Made by a program: the position numbers and the translations under genes. Under the pieces are notes generated by a model, which saw only the letters and a list, made by a program, of their open reading frames with translations, made no database searches and had not been told where the DNA came from. A DNA stretch of 64,000 bases, taken from the NCBI RefSeq assembly GCF_006345805.1, contig NC_043006.1, forward strand, positions 99,324,001-99,388,000. Direction: 5' to 3'. Shown here piece by piece: positions 52,996-64,000 of this stretch. Each line of letters starts with the position of its first letter. The first letter of the stretch is position 1. This DNA is from Octopus sinensis (Eukaryota).

Positions 52996-54057
52996 ATATA
53001 TAATAGTACTGTCCTTTTTCATTCTACCCCAAAATTTAGCTGCACAATCATTGTAAATGTTTTTTTCTCTATTGATGATCTGAATATTTTTAAATATCTA
53101 AGTTGTTCTTTAGATACTGAAATCTATGCGGTCATCAGATAAGAACGGTTTTATTTTTAATGATGTAATTCTCTCAATCTGTAAAGTAATTGCATTTAAA
53201 TTTAGTTGTTTCTCGGGATGATCATTATGTCAAAAATACACACACACACACGTGTTCAATTTGACTTCGTTGTTATTCTCAATCTTGTAGCTATTGAACC
53301 AACTAACTAAGCAATTATTCGATTACTCATTCGGTTCACTGAAGCAGTTGAGTTTGCGAAATCCATTGAGGAGGTCAGCATTCTTGACCTCCACAATGTC
53401 ATTCCCCTTTTATTCAGGTCAGCTCACTCTACTCTGACTCTGGTCTTCTTTGCCCAAGCTGAAACGAACACCATAGCAATACCCATATTCTATATAACAA
53501 CAGTTACTTTCAAAATTATTGCTACGTTATATTCTTTGAAACCTTTGTCACACATTAGCATGTAATATATAGAATATTGATATAGAAACCCATGAATATT
53601 TTTTCCAGTAAGCAATCATTTTAATTTATCACCGGATTTCCATTGCAACCGTCCATTAACATTTTCGCTAATTCAATTGAAGCTATGATTTATTTATGTA
53701 ATGATTTCTCAAATTATATCGATATAGACAGTTAAAGTATATTCTGATATATAAATAGTATAATGCAAGTTACTTTGCCTAGAATTTCTGCAAATATATT
53801 GTTTTGACGCAAATAACTCATGTCGATTTTAGGGCTATATATAACTTTAATATATGCAACATTACTATAACATGTTCACTGGTGGTAGTATTACATCTTT
53901 GATTTCTAAATGGTAGAAGAATTAATCACATTCGGAAACTAAATATATTATCGTTCAATTCAATAACCATATATGCGCTAAAATTCATTTCTTCATATTT
54001 CTCTAGCGCTACAACACACATATGCAAGACTTCGCGAATGTGTGTACATGTGCATGT

Positions 54058-55281
54058 ATACTTTGATACTTTGATACTTTGATAGGTTTCGGCCATTATT
54101 GGCCCAGGCCATGTCTAACTTAATAGCACCACCTGGTGAAGTCTTTCAAGTCAGAATTTGGGCACTATGGCCCACTCAAGTAGAGAGTTATTGTTTACAG
54201 AGACATATCCGGGTGTAGGGGGTTTATCCGGGATTTCTTGAAGGAATCTGTCCAAAGACTTCTTGAACCCTATAGGGTCTGTCTCTGTTTTAATGTGTTT
54301 TGGTGTAATGTTAAAGAGAGCGGGGCCAATTGAGGTGAAATAATTGTGCCGTATTGTTGTTATGAGATGAGAGTGCGATTTTTGTTTTGGGCGGATGGCA
54401 CGGGGCCCAAGCCTTGGATGTACCTTAAAGGTGATGCCAACATCATTTGGGCAATGCTGATGGAATATTTTCCACATCATGCAGATGATGTAGCGCTCAC
54501 GGCGATGTTGGAGAGAATAAAGTTTTAGCTTTTCTAGTCGACCCCAATAGTCGAGGCCTGTCATGCCATCTATCTTTTTTGTGATTGCCCTTTGAGGAGC
54601 TTCAACTTTTATGATACTTTGTTTTGTGTGGGGAGTCCACAGTGGACAACAGTATTCAAGGTGGGGTCGGGCAAAAGTGGAGAAGAGAAGGATAATGGTG
54701 TGGATATCTCTCGACTGGAAAGTTCTGAGAATCCAGGAACACATTCTGCGGGCCATTTCAACTTTGGTGTTTATATGAGTGGCCCAGCTTATGTCGTTGT
54801 CCACAATTACTCCCAAGTCTCTGATGTTGTTGGATGCCACGAGAGTTTCACCTGAAGGAAGGGAGTATGGGAGTTTCAGGGCATCCTCTTTTCCAAAGTG
54901 GATTAACTCAAATTTATCCTCGTTCAGCAGCATATTGTTTTTTTCTGCCCATTGGATAACAGCCAGTAGATCTGACTGAAGGCATGCCCGGTCACTCGCC
55001 TCATTTATGACCTTCTGTAGCTTGGAATCATCTGTAAATATTTTTTATGTTGCTGTGCTTGATGATGTCATTAATGTCATTAATGTAGATGATGAAAAGA
55101 AGTGGGCCCAGCACAGTGCCTTGCGGAACGCCACTACTGACTTTGGCTGGGCTGGATTTTACCCCTTCAACTACAACATGTTGAGATCTGTCTGTCAGGA
55201 AACACTTGATCCATTTCAGTAACTTTCCAGAGACACCAATGTTGGATAGTTTTTTCAATAGGATCTTGTGATCAAACCTGT
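54058..55281 (-). mobile_element. 5'-truncated CR1-like LINE, well preserved, with octamer tail (ATCAAAGT)3
   Basis: FDHKILLKKL...SGVPQGTVLGPLLFIIYINDI; a +1 slip in an A-run near 55043 before IFTDDSK; RDLGVIVD, ARPHLEYCCPLW; stop at 54151, 3' UTR, tandem 8-mer tail. Confidence 0.95.
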
Positions 55282-55374
55282 GAAGTGGAGGAATGAAAAC
55301 GGACGTGAGATATGCATATATAACTTTTTTCTCGCACCGTCTCCGATGAAGGGATATATAAATATATATATATA

Positions 55375-55452
<78 letters not shown>

Positions 55453-55540
55453 ACGTCCTCGAGTTGTTTTTTTTTCGTTGTATTTTCATGTTTGTATTAA
55501 CTATATATATATATAATTAGCAGAATGAGCTAGAAATCAA

Positions 55541-55711
55541 AGGCGCAGGAGTAGATGTGTGGTAAGTAGCTTGCTAACCAACCACATGGTTCCGGGTTTA
55601 GTCGCACTGCGTGGTATCTTGGGCAAGTGTCTTCTACTATAGCCTCGGGCTGACCAAGCCTTGTGAGTGGATTTGGTAGACGGAAACTGAAAGAAGCCCG
55701 TTGTATATATG

Positions 55712-55742
<31 letters not shown>

Positions 55743-55960
55743 TTGTGTGTCAGTGTTTGTCCCCCTAGTATTGCTTGACAACCGATGCTGGTGTGTTTAC
55801 GTCGCCGTTACTTAGCGGTTCGGCAAAAGAGAGCGATAGAGCAAGTACTGGGCTTACAAAGAATAAGTCCTGGGGTTGATTTGCTCGACTAAAAGGCGGT
55901 GCTCCAGTATGGTCGCAGTCAAATGACTGAAACAAGTAAAAGAGTAAAAGAGTAAAGAGT
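55541..55960 (+). mobile_element. Full-length CORE-like SINE
   Basis: Close match to 49223-49634. Confidence 0.9.
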
Positions 55961-57199
55961 AATATATATATATACTCAAACTATGCGTCCTATAGTAGTA
56001 AAGAAATATGAAAACTGAGGAAGGGGACAGAATACTTATACATTTTTTTGCAATTGTTTGCTCATGAAATAGATATTGCTGGCTAATGTACTATGATTTA
56101 AGTTATACGCAATTGAAATTAGGTGCAACTCTCATAGTTAGATTAAACCCGAATAATCTGTCGTCACGCTACAATTATCATAGTTTTTATGACCTCGGGT
56201 ACTGTTGCCAGGTAATTATTCATTGACAAAGAAATAGTCCCTACATTTTCAAAAATGTTTAGGGTGCAATAGTCACAAAATGCTTATGTTATTCAGGCGT
56301 GCAACCAGGGAAATGTATACGATAAACGACTCGTATTTTCTTTGATGTCTGTATGCTTTTCGGCATGTGATTGCAGAAAACTACCGTTTTGAAGTTATTG
56401 CTTGCAAAATTCCATGCAAAAATTTCCATAATATTTTCAGTTTTACATGTTAGAGTGGCATGTTAACAGATTAGCGCCAAATAATGCTCTCTTTCTTTGT
56501 GCTACTGTCTAACATTGTATATTGCTGATAAGGGAGGAAATATAAAGTAAAACGTAAGATGAAAATGTCGAAATATCGGACGCGGCCAAGATAGTATCGA
56601 TAGCAAATCAGATATGGACAGAATAAGAAATAGAAGGGGAGGGAAAGTAAAGGAAAAAATGATGTTGAATACGATGGCAAAGATGGTGCTGATAATGATG
56701 CGGATCATGATGCTGATCATGATGATGATCATGATCATCATGATCATCATCATGAAGTAGGATAAGAAGGAAAATAATAAGAGCAATAGTTTTAGTTACA
56801 GAGAATAAGAGCAATATATATACTTTTAGTCACAAAAACATCGTTGCAAGGGAAAGAATCTGTCTGGGAAAGAATTTGAACTCAAAACATTTAGCCGGAA
56901 GAAATGCTGATAGACATTTTGTCCAGTGTGTGAAAGATTCAGCGTGCTCGCCGACTTCATAATGGTAATAAAGGCCTCAAACTTTCGTACAAGGTCAGCA
57001 GTTTCGGGGAGTTCTGTTATATCGGCACCATTATTCAACTGGTACTTATTTTATCCACCCTGAAAGAAAAAGTTGACCTCAGTAGAATTCGAACTCTGAA
57101 GTTGAAGTCAGAACCCAGAGAGTTCAATATTTCTGATATATTCCCTGCTAATGAGACTGAAAATATGATTAGTGCTCTAGGCATCGCACTTTTATTATT

Positions 57200-57790
57200 T
57201 GCTACATTTTAGTTTTCTTTAAAAATTCCTCAAATCTACTTTGAATTTCAGCAACGAAATAGTCGTTTCTCGTGATATGATAGTAAACTCATAGTAATTC
57301 ATAGTCCCATTGCATAAAGTCGCTACGGTCGATCTGTCTCAAATGGATACATCTCTTTAATCATACATCTGGCGATCAGCACGTCAGGAGGTCGGTACAG
57401 CTGATACACATCGCCGAGAATGATATTGTAGCACAAAAGGTTAGCAAACTCCTGCATGGAGAATTGTTTTGTTTCTATTTTAGCGCACCATGCCATTGCG
57501 TACAATCATATATACTCTTTCGAATCTCAAAGCCAGTGTTACGAGCTTCACATTGTATCTATCTTACTACGATAAATATCCAAAATGTATTTGTTGCTAT
57601 TATCGCTATGCATCTTAAAATATATCCACTATCTCCCAAATATGCACACGTCCTAAATCAGCACACCACTACGAAATTCGTATTTTTCTTGTCTTGGGAA
57701 ATATTATCCAGCCTAAGTCTTTTTCGATTGAATACAGCTAAGTTCAAGCCAATTCCAACCACACACACTCTATTTTATCTGTTATTTAGA
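57200..57790 (-). pseudogene. Possible decayed class-B GPCR TM1-TM5 region
   Basis: RVCVVGIGLNLAVF...KKNTNFVVVC*...LRCIAIIATNTFWIFIVV (CxxIAI..HYFW-like); LYAMAW; RCMIKEMYPF (CWI...F-like). Weak. Confidence 0.3.
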
Positions 57791-58978
57791 TATTAATTTC
57801 TTCCTTTATTAAACGGTAATTTGTAACGCAAGGGAAATTACCTGCTAGTGACATTAAAAAGCCTGTTATTGGTTCCCTATCGAGTATGTGACAGCTTTTA
57901 AGCATTTAGCATTAATTAGTGATATTGAAATGCGAACATCTCAGAACGCAAATTTCATTGAATAATTTCATATGCAAAAGAGTCGCTTATAATATTCTTA
58001 ATCATAACAATTTAGATTTGGTTTAAACAATTAAATGATAATACGCTTTTAAGCTCTGCACCACAACACCATAAACCCTTAGGAATAATAAATAAACTGT
58101 AGTTAAATGAAAGAGAGAAAACGGCGAATAATGTTTTCATAAATCCGTGATTAAATGTAAAAATATTATTTGGAACAACATTTGTGAAATAAATAAAGAA
58201 TTACGAAAAATCTATTTTCTATATAAATTGAAATGTGGGTTGTTTAAGCCATACTGGGCAATTTATTAGCATCGTTGACAGGCAATATCTGATATGAAAT
58301 AATTAAGTACAAATAACGATTTCAGATAACTTCTTTTGATATTTTTCATTAACGATAAGCTCTTTTATTTTCTACATAATTCTGTGGGTGATTATCTTTT
58401 GCACTCACGGCATCGACTGTTTTGTCGAAGATTTAGTTTTCTTGCATTTGACAATAAAATGATTCCATAATATTTAAATCAAATCCTCTATGAATAAAAG
58501 AAAAATGCTAATTCTTGATTTAAACAAAAGCAGAATTTTATTAAATTAAGCAAATAAAATATTAAGCATTTGTAAAAGCATGCAATGATAGCTGTATTCG
58601 AATAAAATTCAGAAGGATTTCGTTCAGAATCCTAAGATACCTACACTTAAATCTGATCAAAAATATCCTTACCCCTTTTTTGGAAAATGACAACGTGACA
58701 TTGGAAATGACATTGGAAGATAATGAAGAGGCTGATGTTTACGATAATGACGATGGTGGTTATGATGACGATGATAATAATGCTAAAGTTGCATACACTG
58801 TGAGTGAAAGCAATAATCTAGGCAATAGTTAATATATTTGTTTTTATTTTATGAAGAACGGTTGCACAAGTGATAAAAAGACTTTATATATTATTGGAAA
58901 CATACATTTGTTTAAAATAGTGATGAAATCATTCATTTTTATTATCTAATCACTTCCCATTACATATATTACATAATA

Positions 58979-60484
58979 CAGTGGAAGGAAATAAATATTC
59001 GTAATGGTCAAAATTCTTTATTTATTTAATTTCTAATGAAAATAAATGGGATATACCATTACTATATTTGCATACACATGCATAAACTAAGAATATGCAA
59101 AAGAAACTAATAAATTATAGTAACTAAGGGATTTATATACAATTATAAATATTTAGGGCTGAAAAAAGTATTCGTACAGAATAAATTCATGATTTTGTAT
59201 GCCACAAAATACTGTTAAAAAATTATTTTTTTACTAAAACTTTTTTACTAAAACTTTCTCGTTTGTTCCAATAAACTTATCAGTTGTCATTTTTAAGTCT
59301 CAAAACGCTAGCTTCTTCATTCAGCACTGAGACAACATAAAGTGGTATCGTAATAATGGCGAAAAGTAAAGAAATCACAAATTCAGTGAAAAACGTAATT
59401 ATTGAACAGTGGAAAGCAGGTAAAAGTTACAGGAAAATATCAGAGACCCTTTGTATTCCATTTTCTACCATACCTTCGTTTATTCAAAGATATAAAAAAT
59501 TGGGAATTGTTGAAAACAGAATAAGATCCGGTGCACCACGCAAGATTTCCCGTAGATCTTTAAGAAAAATGAAGAGAAGCATCGGAAAAAAGCACAATAA
59601 TCACCAAAAAAGTGTTGCAAGAAGATTTGTAAGCTTCAGGGATTAGTGTTACGCTACGAACAATCAGCAATGAACTTCATAGGAATGAACTGAAGTTACC
59701 CTCTCCTAGCAAATCTCCGCTGTTGACTAAAAGGCATAGAGATGCCCGTTTAAAATTTGTTTATGAACATAAAGATGAATCTGATACATTCTGAGAAAAT
59801 GTTCTATGGACAGACGAGTCGAAAATTGAATTGTTTGGACGAAATTCATGTAGCCTTGTTTGAAGGAGAGATGGCACCGCCTATTCGCCGAAAAGCACAA
59901 TTCCTACCTAAAGTTTGGAGGTGGCAACATCATGGTGTTGGGGTGTTTCTCTGCAAATGGTCCTGGCAATTTACATGGAATAGATGGTAAAGTGAATGCA
60001 GAGATCTACCAAAATGTTTTGAACAATAATTTATGGGACTCTGTAGAAAAGTTCCAGCTTTGTGAAGGGTGGGTTTTACAACAAGATAACGACCCTAAGT
60101 ACACGGCGAAGTCTACCAAAAATAGATTGTCGATCTCAATATAAAATTATTAGAATGGCCAAGCCAGTCACCTGCCTTCGACCCCACTGAAAATTTGTGG
60201 CGTTATTTGAAAATTAAAATTCATTCAAAAGCCCCACCAGGCATTACAGATTTGAAGAAAATTTGTCAAGAAGAATGGGAAAAAATTCCCAACGAAACCT
60301 GCGAGTCATTGATTAAGAACTACAAAAAGAGATTGGTTGAAGTGGAACTAAATAAATGGTTATGCTTCGAAGTATTAAATCAGAATTATCAGTAATTTAT
60401 GTTCTGTACGAATACTTTTTTCACCCCCAAAATATTTATAATTGAATATAAATTCCTTAGTTACTACAATTTATTAGTTTCTTC
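58979..60484 (+). mobile_element. Near full-length Tc1 (DD34E) transposon, pseudogenised; right TIR truncated
   Basis: ATG at 59356: MAKSKEIT...RSGAPRK; WTDESKIELFG; GGGNIMVLGCFS; QQDNDPKY...WPSQSPAFDPTE (34 residues between D and E after correcting a frameshift). TA-CAGTGG left end; 59101-59186 is inverted at 60395-60484. Confidence 0.92.
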
Positions 60485-60609
60485 CCCTTCTTTGCTATTT
60501 TGTAAATTTTAAAATGAACTTTATCTCCTACTTCGAATTGTTTTATTGCCTTTTCTGTATTTACGGGAAGTATATTTTTTCATGGAATTAATTTATCGAA
60601 GATCGATTT

Positions 60610-62870
60610 TATTTATCGCATGAATATCAACTCTGACGGAGACTTTTCTGAACCGGTATTCGGGTTGACCGTCACTCTATATACCATCAAGAACTTTGTT
60701 AGCGTTTCGTCATTATCTACGTTATTCCTTGCTTTTTTTAACACTCGCTTGAAAGTATCCACGAATCTGTTTACCTGCCCGTTTGACCTCGGGTGATAGG
60801 GTGGTGTAAAAATATGCCTTATGACATGTATTTTGTAGAAAGTTTTGAGTTTACGACCCATAAATCGTTTTCCATTATCTGATGCCAACGTGTCTGGAAC
60901 ACTGTATCGGCAAAAGGATTCATACAATAACTTTATCCTTATCTTTGCGGTTGGTTTATTGCACCTGCATACCTTTATCAACAAGGATTAGATAGTATGC
61001 ATCGTTTACCGGTCCAGCGTAGTTGATATGAAACTAGGACCACGGACTATCCATCTCAGGCCACGATTAGTATTTCAGCGGTGGTGTTTTGGCTGCTAGC
61101 TCAGAAGCTCTACATGATTTTACGCAACTTTCAATGTCCCGGTCCATTGTCGGCCAATATACATAACTCCTCATTAAGGCTTTCATTCTCGACATTCCCA
61201 GGTGGCCATTGTGGAGTTCCTCTAATACTTGTTTTGTAGTGCAGTTGGTACTACCACTCTTTGCTCGTACATTAAAACATCGTTGCATAGTTAAAAATTA
61301 TTCGAATATATATATATTCACTTTGCATATATTTCGACATTTCTTTCCTTCTTGTAACGTAGTTAATCTCCGCAGATTTTAATTTTAAAATCCTACGCTG
61401 CAACTGGCATTTCATGAATAATATTACACACCATATTTTTAATTTTATTTTCTGACTGCAATGAGACTTCCACCGAATCTTCTATCGGTTTTTGCATTCT
61501 TGGAATTAGTTTCCATAAACAGTTTACTTCAATTTACTTCAACAGAATATATTGTATCTTAAAATTGTAGTTTAGTAATATTGTACACCACCGTTGTAGT
61601 AGGTTTGCTGTATGTGTAGACAATATTTTGTTTTACCCAAAAGCTGATAGTAACGGTCGTTGGTCGGTTTTAACAAAAAGCATCTACCATATAGAAGTTT
61701 GCGAAATGTCTTTGCTGCAAAATTAGTCGATAAAGCCTCCTTCTCTATCTCACTATACATTTTCTGATGCTATCAGCGAGCCTTAAGCATGAAGTATTGG
61801 CTTCATATTTTCAAGTGTTATGCTTGTTTTATACACAAGTATAAACCATTCCGCGAGTTTTATACTTGTGCAGCATGACAGCTCCTATTTCATAATCCAA
61901 GGCATCTGAAGCTACGACAGCGTCCATTTTATCTTTTCGAAAGTAGTTTGATGCTTTACCAGTTAATTCTATTTTACTCTTTTTTTACAGTAAATCTTTT
62001 AATAACGATCCCAATTTATGCTTGTTGGGATTATAATTTTGATAGTAATTTACTTGCCCAAATAAAAGCTTGTAATATCACATTGTTATGTGGGGGGAGA
62101 CATATCCTTAATTATGTCTGCCCTCAACGCGTCAGGACGTCTCCCATTTTATCAATAATTTGCCCTAAGTATTTGATTTTTGGCAAGAAGAACTCACATC
62201 TCTTCTCACTCCATAGTCTACAATGTTTTTTTTTTCAAATATAGCTTTTATATGCACAATATAATGATCACGCGAATTAGTTTTAATCAATTTGTCATCC
62301 AGACATAGAATTGTGAATTGACTGTCTGCTAACATCGCATCCATAACCTGTTGAAATATTGCAGGTGCGACCTTGAAACCAAGAGGCAGTCTATTATATC
62401 GCTACAATCATCTGTCTGTTTTTACCGTTAGTAGTTTTGAGCTTTTCTCGACAACCTTTCTTGGCAGATATGCCACAAAAAAATCCAATTCGAGAATATT
62501 TTGCCACTATTGAATTTTGAAAAACTAACCTCTGGAATAGGAAGTGGATAGTGACATGATTTTAAATCGTCATTCAGTCTCGTTCTAATGTAGGCACACA
62601 CCTTAATTTTGTTATTTTTTTGTATATACACACACACTCCCATTTAGAGTAATCCATCTTTTAAATCATTCAACATTTTCCCAGTCTGTCTATATCTTCA
62701 TCTATGTTGTTTAATTGCAGCGAACTTTACTTTGCTATTGTATTTGGATACTAACACAGCGTACTGACCGTACTTGGGTAAATATCTTTTTTACTTTCCT
62801 CTTCACTTCCTCAGTCGGCTTATTTGTAGAGGGACAACCAATTGTTTTGGGAGTAGAGACTTATGTGGAG
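60610..62870 (-). mobile_element. Degenerate Ty3/Gypsy pol (RT, RNase H, integrase)
   Basis: HYPLPIPE; RLPLGFKVAPAIFQQVMD...CLDD; YSEIEKEAL; LHNGHLGMSRMKALMRSYVYWP; PPYHPRSNGQVNRFVDTFKR, in Gypsy domain order. No LTRs seen. Confidence 0.9.
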
Positions 62871-63414
62871 ATCCCATCAGTCAAATAACGCTAACCATTT
62901 GATACGAAACAGATTGGTTGCGTTCTTTACAACGAAAACATTCGTCTTGAAAGTTTTTCCTCGAAATGTGACATCATTCTACATTTCGCCTACAAAGTGT
63001 AGTTCGTCACGCGTCACGCCAAGTCAGTTTTCGCTGTTTCCCTACTTTCTTCCACCTGTCGGTGTAAATGATTGGAATGTCACTACATATAGCACACACT
63101 CCCCAACACGTACACACCTGTACACCTCACCGAGGCAAACATATATAAAGAGATAGGTATAGCTATGCATATCTGAGTGTGCACATATGCGCTTGTTTGT
63201 GTGCATAAGCATATAGTAATTAACGACTTACTAATAATCGTGTTCAATGGAGGATACGTTTATTTAGCAACAACAGCTTTCCAGAATCCGCTTGCTCTTT
63301 AATGTATCCATGTCTTCTGGTATCATCATAAAGATAAATTAATTGTAATAATGCGCCATTCTGTACTTGCTTTCTCGTAATTCACAAATGACTTTGTCAA
63401 TGTTTCTGATGAAG

Positions 63415-63545
63415 GCAGCGAACTTGCTGAATCGTTAGCATGCTGGGTGAAATGCTTATCGAAATGCGTCTGTACGTTCTGACTTCAAATTCCGTGGGGT
63501 TCGAATTTGCCTAACATCCTTTCGGGTTCGCTAAAATAAGGACCG
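63415..63545 (+). mobile_element. Degenerate SINE head
   Basis: GGCAGCGAACTTGCTGAATCGTTAGCATGCTGGGTGAAATGCTTA...CATCCTTTCGGG. Confidence 0.65.
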
Positions 63546-64000
63546 CTTGATTACTGGTGCAAATACAATCAGTTTAGACCCTTCCACGAAATAGATGGCC
63601 CCGTGTCAACATTTGAATATTGTTGCTGATAAAATTCACAGCATTAGATATGAACATTTGTGAAACGATATATACTCACAGGAGATTTTCTGATTTATCT
63701 TACTTGTTACATATCTCTGTAGTGAGCATTCGTCTATATCTTACCATTAACAATTATTTCATAGCTACTCTTAAGATTTTATTTTCAATGCCACAAACAA
63801 CTGAAATGACAACTAACATTTGAATTTGATTATACTAATTAACTGTTTTGCTTCTGTCGTTTTAAATAGTGATCTATAATTGGGTCCTTAACCATTTTTT
63901 ACAGTATGATCATGAGGATTACAAATTTTAGATTTCTATAATAGTTGAATGCTGATAACTAACGTTCTTTACTAACTAATTTGTTTCATTCTTTTATTGT

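Noticed and set aside
55335-55460. CCGATGAAGGGATA-(TA)n-TATCC resembling a hammerhead with a microsatellite in stem II
   Set aside because: The core is mutated and the GAAAC half is absent; at most a dead relic.

Overview
AT-rich, microsatellite-dense animal DNA. The tRNA-derived SINE families point to an octopus genome (inferred from recognised repeats, not from a search). I found no intact host gene. The window is mostly transposon debris: CR1-like, Dong/R4 and Penelope-like (PLE) retroelements, Gypsy pol, Tc1/mariner, a Chapaev-type transposon, MULE, Helitrons and many SINEs. The most notable signal is five minimal type I hammerhead-ribozyme motifs from three sequence families. Two lie in a near-identical 535-bp tandem dimer (30026-31095) that could self-cleave into a unit-length, circularisable RNA, as retrozymes and PLE terminal repeats do. 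Two more lie in the arms of a ~415-bp palindrome. A weaker signal is that several 'unique' stretches read as decayed class-B (adhesion/Methuselah-like) GPCR segments, suggesting a dead receptor cluster. All alignments and folds were done by eye; coordinates of degenerate elements are approximate.
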